The position numbers and the translations under genes were made by a program. The notes under the pieces are model-generated. The model was not told the origin of the DNA. It ran no database searches and saw only the letters and a program-made list of their open reading frames with translations. 64,000 nt of DNA from Raja brachyura (Eukaryota), in NCBI GenBank assembly GCA_963514005.1, contig OY740785.1, positions 68,014,001-68,078,000 on the forward strand, given 5' to 3'. This document shows, in pieces, positions 51,501-64,000 of the stretch. The first letter of the stretch is position 1; every line of letters starts with the position of its first letter.

Positions 51501-52326
51501 TAGAGCACCTCTATAGAAATGGAAAATTTCTTTCATTTCAGGAGTTACAAGATATCTACGGATTGTCTTCACAGCATTTGTTTAGGTATTTCCAAATTAG
51601 AGATTATATTAAATCTAATACACAGGATTTTAAAAATAAAGAACCAGGATTATTAGATGAATCGTTTAACTGGCATCCAACCACAGAAAAATTAATAGCT
51701 TATATATATATAACATCATTATGGATAAGGAGAATCCAATAACTGAAACATATCGTCAAGCATGGGAAAATGAAATTGGATCACCTATAACCAAAGAAAA
51801 TTGGGAAGAAAGTCTACAACGAATACACCGGTGCTCGTTAAATGCTAGACATATATTAATACAATTTAAAGTATTATACAGATTACATTATTCGAAAACC
51901 AAATTAAATAGTATATTTCCTAATCTCTCCTCTATTTGTGATAAATGTAAGAATTTAGAAGCAAATTTAACACACAGTTTTGTTACATGTCCTAAATTGA
52001 ATTATTATTGGACAGAAATTTTTTAAGTTATTTCTGAAGTTCTTAAAGTTCAATTAGAACCTGACCCAAAGCTAATAATACTGGGAATTCCAGAGGCTAA
52101 TTTGATATTTACACTAGATCAAAGAAATTTCCTTGATTATTGTTTGATATTAGGGAAAAAAATAATATTGAAATTTTGGAAGGGAACATTATCCCCAACA
52201 ATTAAAATGTGGGCATCAGAGATGTTGGAGACGTTGCAGTTGGAAAGAATCAGATTTGTCCTTTTGGACAAGTATAATTCTTTTGAACAGATATGGTCTC
52301 CATATATACAGTATTTAGAGAAGTAG
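48536..52326 (+). pseudogene. L1 ORF2p (APE, RT, CCHC) with one frameshift and one nonsense codon near the C-terminus
   Basis: SWNVKG, FLQETH, SDHAP, QGCPLSP, YADD, CDKC...H...C; extra 2 nt in the (TA)n run at 51701-51711; in-frame TAA at 52024-52026. Confidence 0.9.
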
Positions 52327-53939
52327 CTGTTCTTGGCATCACGGCTCCACTGGCACCCTGCGGGATTTGATGAAAATAATGTATTGGTATACCAGGATAT
52401 ATGCATGTCTTTACTGATATTATTATTTGTAGTTGTTTCATTTACAATATATTGTGTGGCTTTTAATTGATATATATACATAATATGTCTTTTTTCTTTT
52501 TCTTCATTTTTTCTTTTTCTTTTATACCAAATAATTATTAAGGAATTATAATTTTATTGATTAATAATGGTATTTCTCTTTACCCACTTTTATTTAAAAA
52601 AAAGAAGATAATAATCATTAGAGTACAAATATTGATTTAAGTTGATGTTTATAACTCAGTTTTAAACATTGAGAATTGTTTATTGCTAATAAAAAAATTA
52701 TTCAAAAAAAAATAAATTCTAGGTACAAGAAATTGCTTTCCTCTCTGTGAAAAATCCACAAAAAACTTCAGATGCGGGAACCACAACACAGCAAGTCAAG
52801 CAGTATCTGTGGAAAGAGAATCAAGTTTTGGATCTAAAGGGTTTTCAATCTGAAATGTTAACTTTCCCCATATGCTTCCAAACATAAGGAATATTTTCTG
52901 CTTTCTGTAAAACTTTCCTGGAACTACATTATGGCATGATTTCTGGTTCACAATATAAACAGGTTGAGGTGGAAAAATTATTCAGCATCAGAAATTATAT
53001 ACCTTTGATTTGACATGCATGAGAGCTGTAGAAAAGCAGCATTGGGGCAGAACCCACCTGTGGTTGTTCCAATTTATTTATACAATAGAGCGTGGTTTTC
53101 TGATAAGCAGAAATGCAAACGTCAGAAAAAGTTTCCTGTTCACCAACAAACAGCAAAAATTTGCATGTTGGTCACCACTTTGCCATGCAAGTACATTAGT
53201 GACATACAGTGGCAACTGACTAGTACTGCACAGTTCAACTCAGGAAGAGATCTCAAAGAAGCATACGATTTGGAATGTCTTTAAATCTGCTAATGTCACA
53301 AGAAAATCTTTCATTAGTCTGACATGGGCTGTCATTATCTGGATAACTTGAGTACAGGAGGCCTCAGTACACACCACTGGACTTAACCAATCATCGTTAG
53401 TGCTGTTTAATAGCAATTTGCCAGTGAGTCATCTGGGGGTTTACCTCTCGCAGTCTCTAAAGCGCTTTCGGGATTTGGTGAGAGGCTGAATGTGAGAGGT
53501 TGAATGGTGGCTGTGCGGAGCGAGAGTAAGCATGGTGCAGTGGAGGAGGGCATCGAGACCATCGCCTGACCAGGCCAACCCAACAACAACCCAGTTTTAC
53601 TGCAAGGACAACAGCCCTTAATGGCCAAGTTGAGACAATGAACTTGAAGGGTAGATCATGGCACCAGAAAGTGATGACCCTTATGTACTGCCTCAGTGTA
53701 ATCTACTATCTCTATACTCTTGCACTTATGATTGTGAATCTGTAAAGAAAGATTTTTATTGAAATATGAATGAAATATTTGTAAAAAGATAATTTCACTG
53801 TAGCTAGGCACATGATATTAAAGCACAATTGAACCATTGAACATGTTTCTCCACAACTCCATTCTGCCCCATTACTACCATGCATTTTTTGAAGATGGGG
53901 TTTGAGCAAACCTGCCAATATTTTATTTAATAGAAAGAT

Positions 53940-54100
53940 ATAAACATAGAAAATAGATGCAGGAGTAGGCCATTCGGCCCTTCGAGCCATTCAATATGAT
54001 CATGGTTGATCATCCAAAATCATTACCCCGTTCCTGCTTTCTCCCATATCCCTTGATTCGGTTAGCCCTAAGACCTATATCTAACTCTCTCATGAACACA
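53940..54100 (-). mobile_element. CR1 3' end
   Basis: aaacatagaaaatagatgcaggagtaggccattcggccc. Confidence 0.75.
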
Positions 54101-56981
54101 TCTTCTGCAGGTCAGAAGCATTTTCAATACGGCATCATAAAACAATCCACTCTTTCGGCTTTTTGGTTGCTCTGCTTTTGAGTTTATTTCGTATGGTTTT
54201 CATTGTGTATTTACAATCAAAGACATCTTTCCATTAACCAGATCAGCAGAGCAGTGTAATTGAAGTGCCATTTTAACATTCTAGCCAGAGCTACACGTTT
54301 CTTAGAAAATTCAGAGAAGCAATGTTATGATTAGCTCCATTCATGAAAGCAAAGCATTCAAAATAAAGAGGGTCATGAAGGCAAAGCATTCAAAATAAGA
54401 GGGTCAAGAACTCTATCCTGGTACATAATAGGATTCCAGCTGCATTGCATGTGGCAGAAAGGGCGACAGCAGAGCAGGTCACATTTGGATATCTTAGAGA
54501 AGTAACCAAGAATCGAATAGTGGTTGAAAAAACCCCATTTTTTTCTAACAGACATTCTTCGAGTCAGTTTGCTGATAATGTGATCAAAGAAAATAAAAGT
54601 ACAAATTTACAATATGTTTACAGCTATTTGCAAAATACACATTTACAAACATGAGATAGGAGTGGGTCACTAAGGCCCAAAAGACAGTTCTGACATTTGA
54701 TAAGGTCTTATGTGATCTGACATTGACCCGAATTCCACACAGTGACATTTCACCACTTTGCTTATCAAATATCGATAAATGTCTGCTTAAAAGCGAACCG
54801 GCCTTTCAGAAAGAAAGTTTCAAAGACCTCTATCTGCCTGTCTTAAATGGGTGATCTTTCAGCTTTAAAAAATGATCTATCTTTACATTCTCCCATAAAT
54901 GATGCATTCTATCCTGCTAACATTACTCAGCATCGTATACACTTCAAACAAGACCTCCCGTGACATTCATGCCTGCAAGCCGAGCCAATCTTGCCCCAGA
55001 ATAATCATCCCAGTCCAGACATCCAGTAAACCTGCTCCAAACCGCTTCCAATTCATTCATATTTGGCCTTCAATAAAGCAATACCATCGTGTTCCGGATT
55101 TTCTCACTGAAGTTTTGAAGGCTGATGAAGGCTTGAAGGCGGTCCCAAATCTATTGTCTATTGCCTATGAATGTATAAATATCCCAATTACTGTTTTTTT
55201 ACTTTTCTTTGAATGGTTCTGGGGTGGGGGAGAGAGAGAGCGATCGATCTATTTGAGTGATGAAACAGACTAGTTTCACAACTCTCTGCTGTTTCTTGTG
55301 GTCTTGGGCAGAGCTGTCCCAAGCAGTGATGCATCCAGATCAGATGCTTTCTATAATGCATTTACAGAAGTTGGTAAGATTTTCTTAGTCTATTGAGGAA
55401 GTGGAAGCATTGGAGTATTTTCTTGGCTGTAACTTTAATGTAGTTAGTCCAGGACAAATTGTTGGTGATATTTACACCTAGTAAGTAGTTCTCAGCCAAC
55501 TCCACTGTTCAAATTAATCTGAATGAATTTCAGGTGGAACACAAGATGCTGATGTAACTACGGCACTGATAACCAGGGGTTACAATTCTAGGCACTCATG
55601 CTCCAACTGTAATAAATTGATAAAATACTAAACTTGTGAAAATGAAAGCAGTCTACTGTATTCTTTTCTAAATCTCTATCAACTATATCCATTACCCTGG
55701 AGACAGGAAACTGCAGATGTTGGAATCTTATACAAAGATAAGACCCTTTTGCCCCAACCCGAAATGTCATCTGCCCATATCTCCAGATATCCAGATGTCT
55801 AATACTTGAAATACTACCTCAAAACTGAAATTATTTTTCAAGTGTTCAGTCATTGCTCCACAACAGACCATCCTTCATTAAAAAAAAATCAACATTACAT
55901 AACTAAGTCTTGAAACAATCATTTTGCATCAATACTACTACATATTTTAATAATTTCTTCACCTACTGCATTTAAAATCCTGGGGTTGAAACAATTGGGT
56001 TCTGATAATTGATAAGTCTTTGATTCCATGACATTGCATAATAGTTATTTTGCTTATCAAAATGTTGGCGAGTTTAATTCATCAGTGGGGTCTGTGGAAA
56101 GTCAAATCCACCACTACCTATGTAGACACAACATCATTTTTCAACAAGTCTGTCATTGCCTTGTTTTCATTTGCAATATTGCCTACTCCTTTTTTCACAG
56201 GGTGTGTAACAGCTGTTATATTGAAACCAAAGTCATGATGACTTTGTACTGAAAATTTGATTGTGTATGTGCACAAATGATTTGAAGAATTAAAATAAGA
56301 AAACTGATGGATACCTTGTAGAAACACAGAACTGCAGATGTAATTTTATCAAAAAAAAATCATAGTACTGGAGTAACTGCAGGTCAGGCAACATCCCTGA
56401 AGAAAGTGGATAGGTGACATTTCAGGTCCAAACACTTCTCCAGACCAATAATGGGAGGGGTGTTGGAAGGAGAAAGTTAGAAGAGAGGAAATGCACGACA
56501 AAGCATGTCAGGTAATAGGTGAACACATTTTGGGGGGGGGGGGGGGGGGGGGTGCGGTGGGGGTTGATCGGCTGATGGTTGGACAACGGTCAGATGCAAA
56601 TAAAATGGAGACCAAAAGATTGAAGAGTTGCAAATGGGGGTCAGAGGAAGGAATGAATGTGGAGGAGGAGGAATAGGTGCGAGTCCAGGTGGGAGGGTTG
56701 TTGGAGGGTAATTCTCCAACTTAACTGAATTAAATCGGAGAAATCCATGTTCAGATCAAATGATTGCAACTTTAAAGGCTGGTAGTCAGCAACTCAATAA
56801 AACTTCCTCCCCAACCTGAGAAATCAAGGGCATGTGGGTTCTCAACACTGGCAAAGTAAATTATAAATCACATATCTTACCCTCTTGGAAAAATAACACC
56901 TATCAGATGTGTCTTCCATGGCAAGGAATTGAACAAGGATTGTTGACTTTCCCCAGGGACAAGCGGTAAGAAAGAAATCCA

Positions 56982-57198
56982 AGGAGACAAAAATCCTGGA
57001 GAAACGCAGGGGGTGAGGCAATATCTATGGAACGAATGAAATAGGCAACGTTTCGGGTCGAAACCCTTCTTCAGACACGAGTCTGAAGAAGGGTTTCACT
57101 TCGGCCCGAAACGTTGCCTATTTCCTTCGCTCCATAGATGCTGCCTCACCCCCTGAGTTTCTCCAGGATTTTCCAGCATCTGCGGTTCCTTCATAAAC
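56982..57198. mobile_element. Palindromic Penelope-derived insertion carrying two hammerhead-type cores
   Basis: 13-bp TSD AGAAAGAAATCCA at 56969-56981 and 57199-57211; arms inverted around about 57078. Confidence 0.8.
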
Positions 57199-57320
57199 AG
57201 AAAGAAATCCAGATCCTTTTGCCCTTTCGCTTTTGTTTTGTTGCATTAAAAACTGAACTAAGAAATTCAACACGCCGTGCCGTTTTGTCCTTCAGTTAAG
57301 ATCATACCACATGCATTTTT

Positions 57321-60300
57321 GCATTAGTCTTCACAGTGGAAGACACCAGTAATGTGCCTGAAATTCAAGAGAGTCACGTGTGGAAGTTAGTGGAGTGACT
57401 ATTATTAGGGAGAAGATGCTTGGGAAGCTGAAAGGGCTGAAGGTGAATAAGTCACCTGGATTGGATGGACTGCACCTATGGGTTCTGAAAGAGGTGCCTT
57501 TAGAGATTGCAAATAAGCAAGTTGCAGAATCTGGAGTGCAAAGTCATCTTTAATCTGTACACATAGTATAGCGGTACAGCAGATTGTTAGTTGTTAGTTC
57601 ATTGTTACCGCTTCCAAGACTGACCAGTGTAGGAAGTGGGTGTTATTACAAAGCATACAGTAAGGTGGGGTTAGTGATGCTACTTCTATTATGATTGGTT
57701 CACATGCAATAACCAATCTACATCCTTCCCATAAAGAACGAATATAGTTAAACACACATGCAGCTAGAATTCAAACATACTCGCCATATCTGTCAGGCGG
57801 TCTACTAATGTGGCCCTAACGCGTATGGACCAACCTCTCTCCCTCCTCGCCAGAACGGTTAGTGGGAGAGGGAGGCAGTGAACCCGGATGTGACAAAGCA
57901 GCAGGGGACACTTGTGGTGACCGATAGGGGGAGCATGCGGGAGGGATAGTGTTGTTGTTAATCAGAGCTGCCAGTCGCGGTGCAGAACGGGACTTGCTGG
58001 GACTAGTGGTGGCCACGGCAGCATATGGCTGGAACAATAAAGGTGGAGTGAAAGGATCAGCTGGTGGGAGATGTGGTTCCTTCATGGGCAGCAAGTGTTG
58101 GCAGTTCCGTGAAGGAACCACGTCCTCCACCAGCTGATCCTTTCGCTCCACCTTTATTGTTCCAGCCGTCTCATAAATCTTCTGTTATCAGTCGGTGTTT
58201 GTCGTCTGTTGAAACCCGTCAGGTTTATGGTCTTCTTTTCAGAGTCAAGCTGTTCGTTTAATGGAGCAACAATTTCAGACATTCGACAGACATGTATTGC
58301 TTGCTCAAAGGTTAAATCAGCATTCTGCAGTAACTCGGTCCTTAGCTTTTGATCAGTCATACCACTGACAAGCTTGTCCCTGATTAATTCGTTCATCATG
58401 ATCTGAAAGCGGCACCGCTGAGCCGTATATTTCAAGTCACAAATAAATCTTTCCACCGGCTCATCGGGAAGCTTATGTCTCGCAAAGAACTTGGCTCTTT
58501 CTAAAATGCGGTTCGAGGGTAGGTCGCATAGTTCACGGAATTTACACAGTAAAACAGTAGGGTCACGCATAGACTCAGCAGGCACAACTACCTGATCGTT
58601 ATCATTGTGAACGGCTGGTGCGTATTCAAAGGTCCGTGCTCTCATCACGGTTTCAAGTCCCGCCAGGTTAAGTAGGAGGGAAGCCTTGACAGAGTCTGGT
58701 TCATTTCGGTGAACAATATTGATGTAATGTCGTAGTCAATTTCAAAGAGTCTCCAACGTTCCCCGATGTCAGAATGGACGATAAGCTGCGCAGGCTTTCT
58801 GCATGATTGAGCCATGGTGATGTGAGAAAAATTGATAAACAGAAATAAAACCCGATAAATGGATGCTGTGGGTTACTCCAAGCTTTCTGACACCCTGTAA
58901 ATAAGCAAGTTGCACAATCTGGAGTTCAAAGTCATCTTTAATATGTACACATAGTATAGTGGTACAGCAGGTTGTTAGTTGTTAGTTAATCGTTACCGCT
59001 TCGAAGACTGACCGGTGTAGGAAGTGGGTATTAGTACAAAGCATTCAGTATGGTGGGGTTAGTGATGCTATTTCTACTATGATTGGTTCACATGCAATAA
59101 CCAATCTACAGAGATTGTGGAGGCATTGATAATGATATTTCAAGAATCACTCAAGTCAGGAGTGGTTCCAGATGATTGGAACATTGCAAATATTATCCCT
59201 CTGCACAAAAAGGGAGAAAGCAGAATAGTGGGAACTATAGGCCAGTTAATCTGTCCGGTGGTTGGTAAGATTTTAGAGCCCATTATAAAGGTTGAATTTA
59301 CAGAGAACTTAGAAGTTCACGATAAAATAAGCCAAAGTCAGCATGGCATTGTGAAGGGAAGGTCTTGGTTGACAAATTTGTTGGAATTCATTGTAGAAGT
59401 AAATAGCAGGACAGACAAAGGAGAGTCAGTAGATGTTGTTTACCTACATTTTCAGAAAGCCCTTGATAATGTGCAAACAGGAGGCTGCTAAGGATACAGA
59501 GCCCATGGTATCAGAGGGCAGATATCAGCATGGATAGCAAGTTGGCTGGATGGCAGAAGGCAAAGTGGCAATAAAGGTTTTTTTTTTCTGGTTAGCTACC
59601 AGTGACTAGCAAGAGTTCTGCAGGGCTCGATGCTGGGGCTGCTGCTCTTCATGTTGTATCTTAATGATTTGGATAAGGGGATTGAAGGCTTTGTGGCCAA
59701 GATTTTGGATGATACTAAATAGGTGGAGGGGTAGATAGTATAGAGAAAGCAGGGACTCTACAGAAGGACTTGGACACGTAGGAAGAGAAGTGGCAGATTT
59801 AATATATTGTAGCAAAGTGTGGAGTCATGCAATTTGGTAGTAGGAATAAAGGCGTAAACTATTTTCTAAATGCAGAGAGACCCAGAAATCGAAGGTTCAA
59901 AGGGACTTGGGAGTGCTGGTGCAGGTTCCCAAAAAGTTAATCTGCAAGTCGAATCGGTAATAAAGGAAACAAATGCAATGCTAGCATTTATTTTGATAGA
60001 GCTTGTATACAAAAACAGGGATGCAATGCTGAGGCTGGTCAGGCCGCATTTGGAATATTGTGGCAATTTTGCGTAATATATTTAAGGAAGGATGTGCTGG
60101 CTCTGGAGACGGTCCAGAGGAGGTTTACAAGAATGATTCCAGGAATGAGTAAGGTAACATATGGTGAGCGTTTAACGGCACTGGGCCTGTACCCGCTGGT
60201 GTTTAGAAGATTGAGGGGGGACTTCATTGAAACATACATAATAGTGAAAGGCTTGGATAGAGTGGATGTGGAGAGGATGTTTCCACTGGTGGAAGCGTCT

Positions 60301-60575
60301 TGGACTACAGGTCATAGCTACAGAATTAAAGGACGTTCTTTTAGAAAGGAGATGAGGATAAATGTCTTTAGTCAGAGGGTGATGAATCTGGGAATTATTT
60401 GCCACGGAAGGCTGTGGAGGCCGTCAGTGGATATTTTTAAGGCAGAGATTAGTACAGCATTAGTGCAGGTGTCACAGGTGATGGGAAGGCAGGGGAAATG
60501 TGTTAGGAGGAATGGATCAGCCATGATTGAATGGCGGAGTAGACTTGATGGACTAATTCTTCTCCTATCACATGA
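57321..60575 (+). mobile_element. Decayed CR1 LINE interrupted by an LTR element
   Basis: KSPG...LKEV before 57507 resumes as EALIMIFQESL after 59115; RT and tail fragments follow. Confidence 0.85.
57508..59110 (-). mobile_element. Internally deleted Gypsy-type LTR retrotransposon (gag plus integrase-tail remnant)
   Basis: 215-bp LTRs at 57508-57722 and 58896-59110; TSD GAGAT; PBS-like GGGTGTCAGAAAG; PPT atgggaagga; gag from ATG at 58815 (MAQSCRKP, frameshifted). Confidence 0.92.
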
Positions 60576-62125
60576 TACACATTTCACTTTAGAGCTGTTT
60601 CTATGTGCTTTTGCTCGAATGCACACTTCAATAGCTGCCGTTAAGCAGGTTACAAGTGCAGATGGCTGTGAAGGACAGCTGGACCATTATGCCCCAGTTC
60701 CGACTTCTCTCTTCATGTGGAGTAGCTTGCGTGCTTGGCTAGCGCTGGAGTCCAACAATACCCCTATCAAGAACACATTTAAACCATCCAAACGCTAATG
60801 GAAGTATGTAATATGCAGAGATTGGGTATGATCACATCATGCTCATGTATTTCAGGTCAATTACTGGCTGATATCTGCAAAGGTGTTGTATTGTACAACC
60901 CATTAATATAGCAAGTACTTATCAGATTTTTTGCTGTATTAGGTTCAGTCATGGAATATTACTGTGGGTATCAATCCCACTGATGATATCCTCACTGCAG
61001 TACTTCATTTCTAAGCTCAGTAGTTTCCTGGGCCTAGATATCCCTGCAAACATTCATCTCTTCTATTGAGATTACCTGGACATGTAAACAAAGATCCGCT
61101 CTCAAAAGAGAAATCCCTTCCAGTATCCACCGCAGAGACCAATAGTGCTCCTTATATTCTTCAATTGACACAGGAAGCCACTAACGTAAACTATTAACTT
61201 GATGAATGACAGAAGAATTAAGCTATTAAGCTATTGAGCTATTAAGTAACTTCCTCACAACCTTTTGTTAGACGGGTCTGAGCTTTATGCATTTATTTCC
61301 ACATGGATAAGCCTCACAAAGCAGTTAATAAAGCTTTATAAAGCAAATGGGTTCCTAATTCTTTTTTGAGTCAAAAGGATGGAAACTTATGCTTGACATA
61401 ATTTTGATTCCAGTTGAAGAAAAAGCACAAAGTTCAGGAAGCAAATTATGGAGACGAACTGAAGCTGGTGCCATCCTGAGAGCAGAAAATGCCTAAAGAG
61501 GTGGTTCATAAATGTGAAGCAATTAAAGAAAATTAAGACAAAATGTCAAATGATTGACGAGTTCAAGTGAGAAGAGATTGAGAGTGAGTTACAAAAGAAT
61601 CAGAAACAAAAACCTTTATGCAATAACGACAAGGACATAGTCTGTCATAAGCAATTGGATGTATTTGGTAAACAAGATGCACAAACTGGGCTCAATTGTC
61701 ATAATTCTCAATATACTTGTGAACCATATGCTCACATCAACTTTTGTCCTTTGTTGACACTTTTACTTCCACAGTTTGAAACAATTTAAAAAGGACAGTT
61801 GAATGAAAAGAAATAACCCAATTAGAAACAAGGTTTTACACACAGGCAGTTGGTGAAAACTTGAAAACAAATGGAATATTGTAATTCACTTCTTGATGTT
61901 TGCGAATGATGGACCGACCAGAATTTGCAGCATATATGTATTTCTCCCAAAACCCATCTCAAATTAGTAAAGAATGCTTCAATTGAGACACTACATAATG
62001 AGTTAGTATCTTATTGCTTTTAAGTGATGTAATGACAAAGAAAATATGTAACCAAGCAAACCATCAACTTGACTAAAATAACCCAAAGCAAACACATTGT
62101 TATTCATGTGTATATAATCTATCTA

Positions 62126-62850
62126 TCTATACATAACTTAAACTCTGATCTTGGGCTCTTCCGGTTTGCGTGGATTTCTAGTTGCGCAAAAATGGTACAC
62201 GATAGCGCTACATTTTATCGCCAACTTACTCACCATTCTCCTGTGCTAACGTGCAAGTTTTGTTCAATGGTATAGTTTAAAAGTTATTAAGGTTTAAAAA
62301 TCTTTAAAAACGCACATGTGCAGATCCTCTCCCGTCAGCCACCCGGGACGGCGACGCCCCTTCTGGCGCACCATCACCGCACTGATTGGCCGGGTCCTCT
62401 GTCACTCACCGGCAGGGAGAATTGAAGGAGGGGAGTGAGCAGAGTTAGTGCATCACCGCCGGCTGGAGCTGGAGTTGTGTCGCCCAGAGCCTGGCTGACT
62501 CCGAGGCCGACTCCGACTCCTGCAACCTCAAGATCCTGGGGCAGTGAGGAGGGAGAGTGGGGGAATAGAGGGATAGGGAGGGAAGATGAATTATGGAGGG
62601 AGTGACTGAGGGTCTGAGGGCAGGGGAAAGGAAAAGGAGAGGTGAGGAAGGGATTGGGGAGGAGGAGAGGGGAAAGAGGGAGGATGAAGGGGGGGGGGGG
62701 AAGGAGTGCTAGGGGATGAGGGGAAATGAACAGCGCCTGCGCAGTTAGGGGCTATTGGTAAGTGGTGGAATATCACATTGGGGAATGGGTTGCGTTGCGG
62801 GAACGGGCCTCCCGTGTGACAATGGGACAACCTGGTCCCACTTAGTCCAG
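62126..62850 (+). mobile_element. Non-autonomous Helitron
   Basis: A|TCTATACATAAC 5' end; GGGAC...GTCCC hairpin then CCAG|T (variant of CTAG); homologous to 3094-3240. Confidence 0.75.
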
Positions 62851-63755
62851 TCATAGGTATTATTCAATTCTGTCTTCAATAGTGCAATCACACATTTCCA
62901 ATTAGTTTATCTGTATCTTATTGGTGACATTTGAACTTTTAATCAGACTTTATTGGACTTCAATGTTACATCTTGCACTAAATATTGAACCCTTTCTGAG
63001 CACTGCGGACAGCCTGATTGAATTCATGTGTAGTCTTTGCGTTTCACTGTACCTTGGTACACTTGACAGTAATAACCAAAACTAAAAACTAAACCAAAAT
63101 CTATATTTCTACTTAAGCTTGTGCTATTTTATTTTTGCTTACACGTCACATCCACCGACATAATATTTCAATTAGCACTCCAATGCCTAGTCTGGGAATC
63201 AGGCTTTCTAAAAACGGTCTTCAAACAATGGTAGGTGCACAAGTAGAGGCACAAAGATTTAAAGAATAATTGATAACATATGAATAAAACACCAGCTAAA
63301 TGTATTGAATCCTTCACTTAAAATAATTTAGAACGGCTTGTTTTATTACAGTGTTTTAGGTTATGGACAAATTGTAACAAATAAATCCATTTCTATAGAT
63401 TTACAAAACAAAATGTAATAAAGTTTTAAAATATAGCTTAAATACACCCTCTTAAATAGCCAATGAGGCCAACTACCTGGGATGTTTCAAGTTATTTATT
63501 AGTAAGCTTCAAACGGAACAGAATCTAGGAAATCAACCTATCATGTTAACTATTTATTACTCCAGTTTTTTTCACATGCTGAACATTAGCAGCATTTGTT
63601 GTCTTTCCTCAAACAATTTTAGATTAAGACTGTGCAAGTATTGAGAAATAAACATTAACCTTTTGTCTATTGATTGACAGGAAAATTATTAAATTAAGAC
63701 AAACAGTAACCCAATTCATAGAATGTAATGCCCAGTGTTAACGCTCACACAGTTA

Positions 63756-64000
63756 AGGGGCTGTCCCACAGCGGCGACCTGATACGCAAGTTAAGAAGAG
63801 TGTCTTCGAACTTCAAGCTCAAGGGCACTCACCAGGAAAACCTTGAGCTGGATCGACTGTCCGTGCTGAAACCACGAGCTGGATCAATCAACCGCACACA
63901 CGAACACATTGCAAAGGCGGTAGCCAGGGTAAGCAGGGGAGCGCTGTCTGAAATACACACCCGCGATGAAGAGGAAGGTAAAAAACGGCTGCACAGTGTA
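63756..64000. mobile_element. Harbinger-type MITE running off the window end
   Basis: TTA followed by AGGGGCTGTCCCAC, similar to the TIR at 17730. Confidence 0.6.

Larger units (their letters stand above)
46607..52712 (+). mobile_element. Full-length L1-clade LINE (6.1 kb)
   Basis: 16-bp TSD TAAATTCTAGGTACAA at 46591-46606 and 52713-52728; CpG-rich 5' UTR; two ORFs; AATAAA and A-tail. Confidence 0.95.

Noticed and set aside
54348-54406. Short tandem duplications (also about 33990-34026 and 32516-32567)
   Set aside because: Ordinary slippage duplications with no further structure
60058-60798. 246-aa ORF, or a terminal host exon near 60690-60765 on the minus strand
   Set aside because: The ORF is a CR1 tail reading into flank; no minus-strand frame gave a protein I recognise

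Overview
This is vertebrate genomic DNA, not prokaryotic; the repeat content suggests a cartilaginous fish such as a skate or ray (inference). The only host coding sequence I recognise is a 109-nt first coding exon of a GAREM/FAM59-family gene, most like GAREM2, on the minus strand at 23162-23270 in a CpG-rich island. Sequence to its left is probably intron 1 and sequence to its right is upstream. Much of the rest is transposable elements, often nested: a full-length, nearly intact L1; several CR1 copies; Rex/Babar fragments; a DIRS element; two Gypsy-type LTR elements, one with a deleted pol; Penelope remnants; Helitrons; Harbinger MITEs; and hAT-like elements. The most interesting signals are predicted RNA structures. 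Two short (about 140-170 bp) TSD-flanked retroelements start at a minimal HDV-like ribozyme fold. Many Penelope-derived repeats carry minimal hammerhead-type cores, including a head-to-head pair. All calls were made by eye without database searches; ends given without TSD evidence are approximate.
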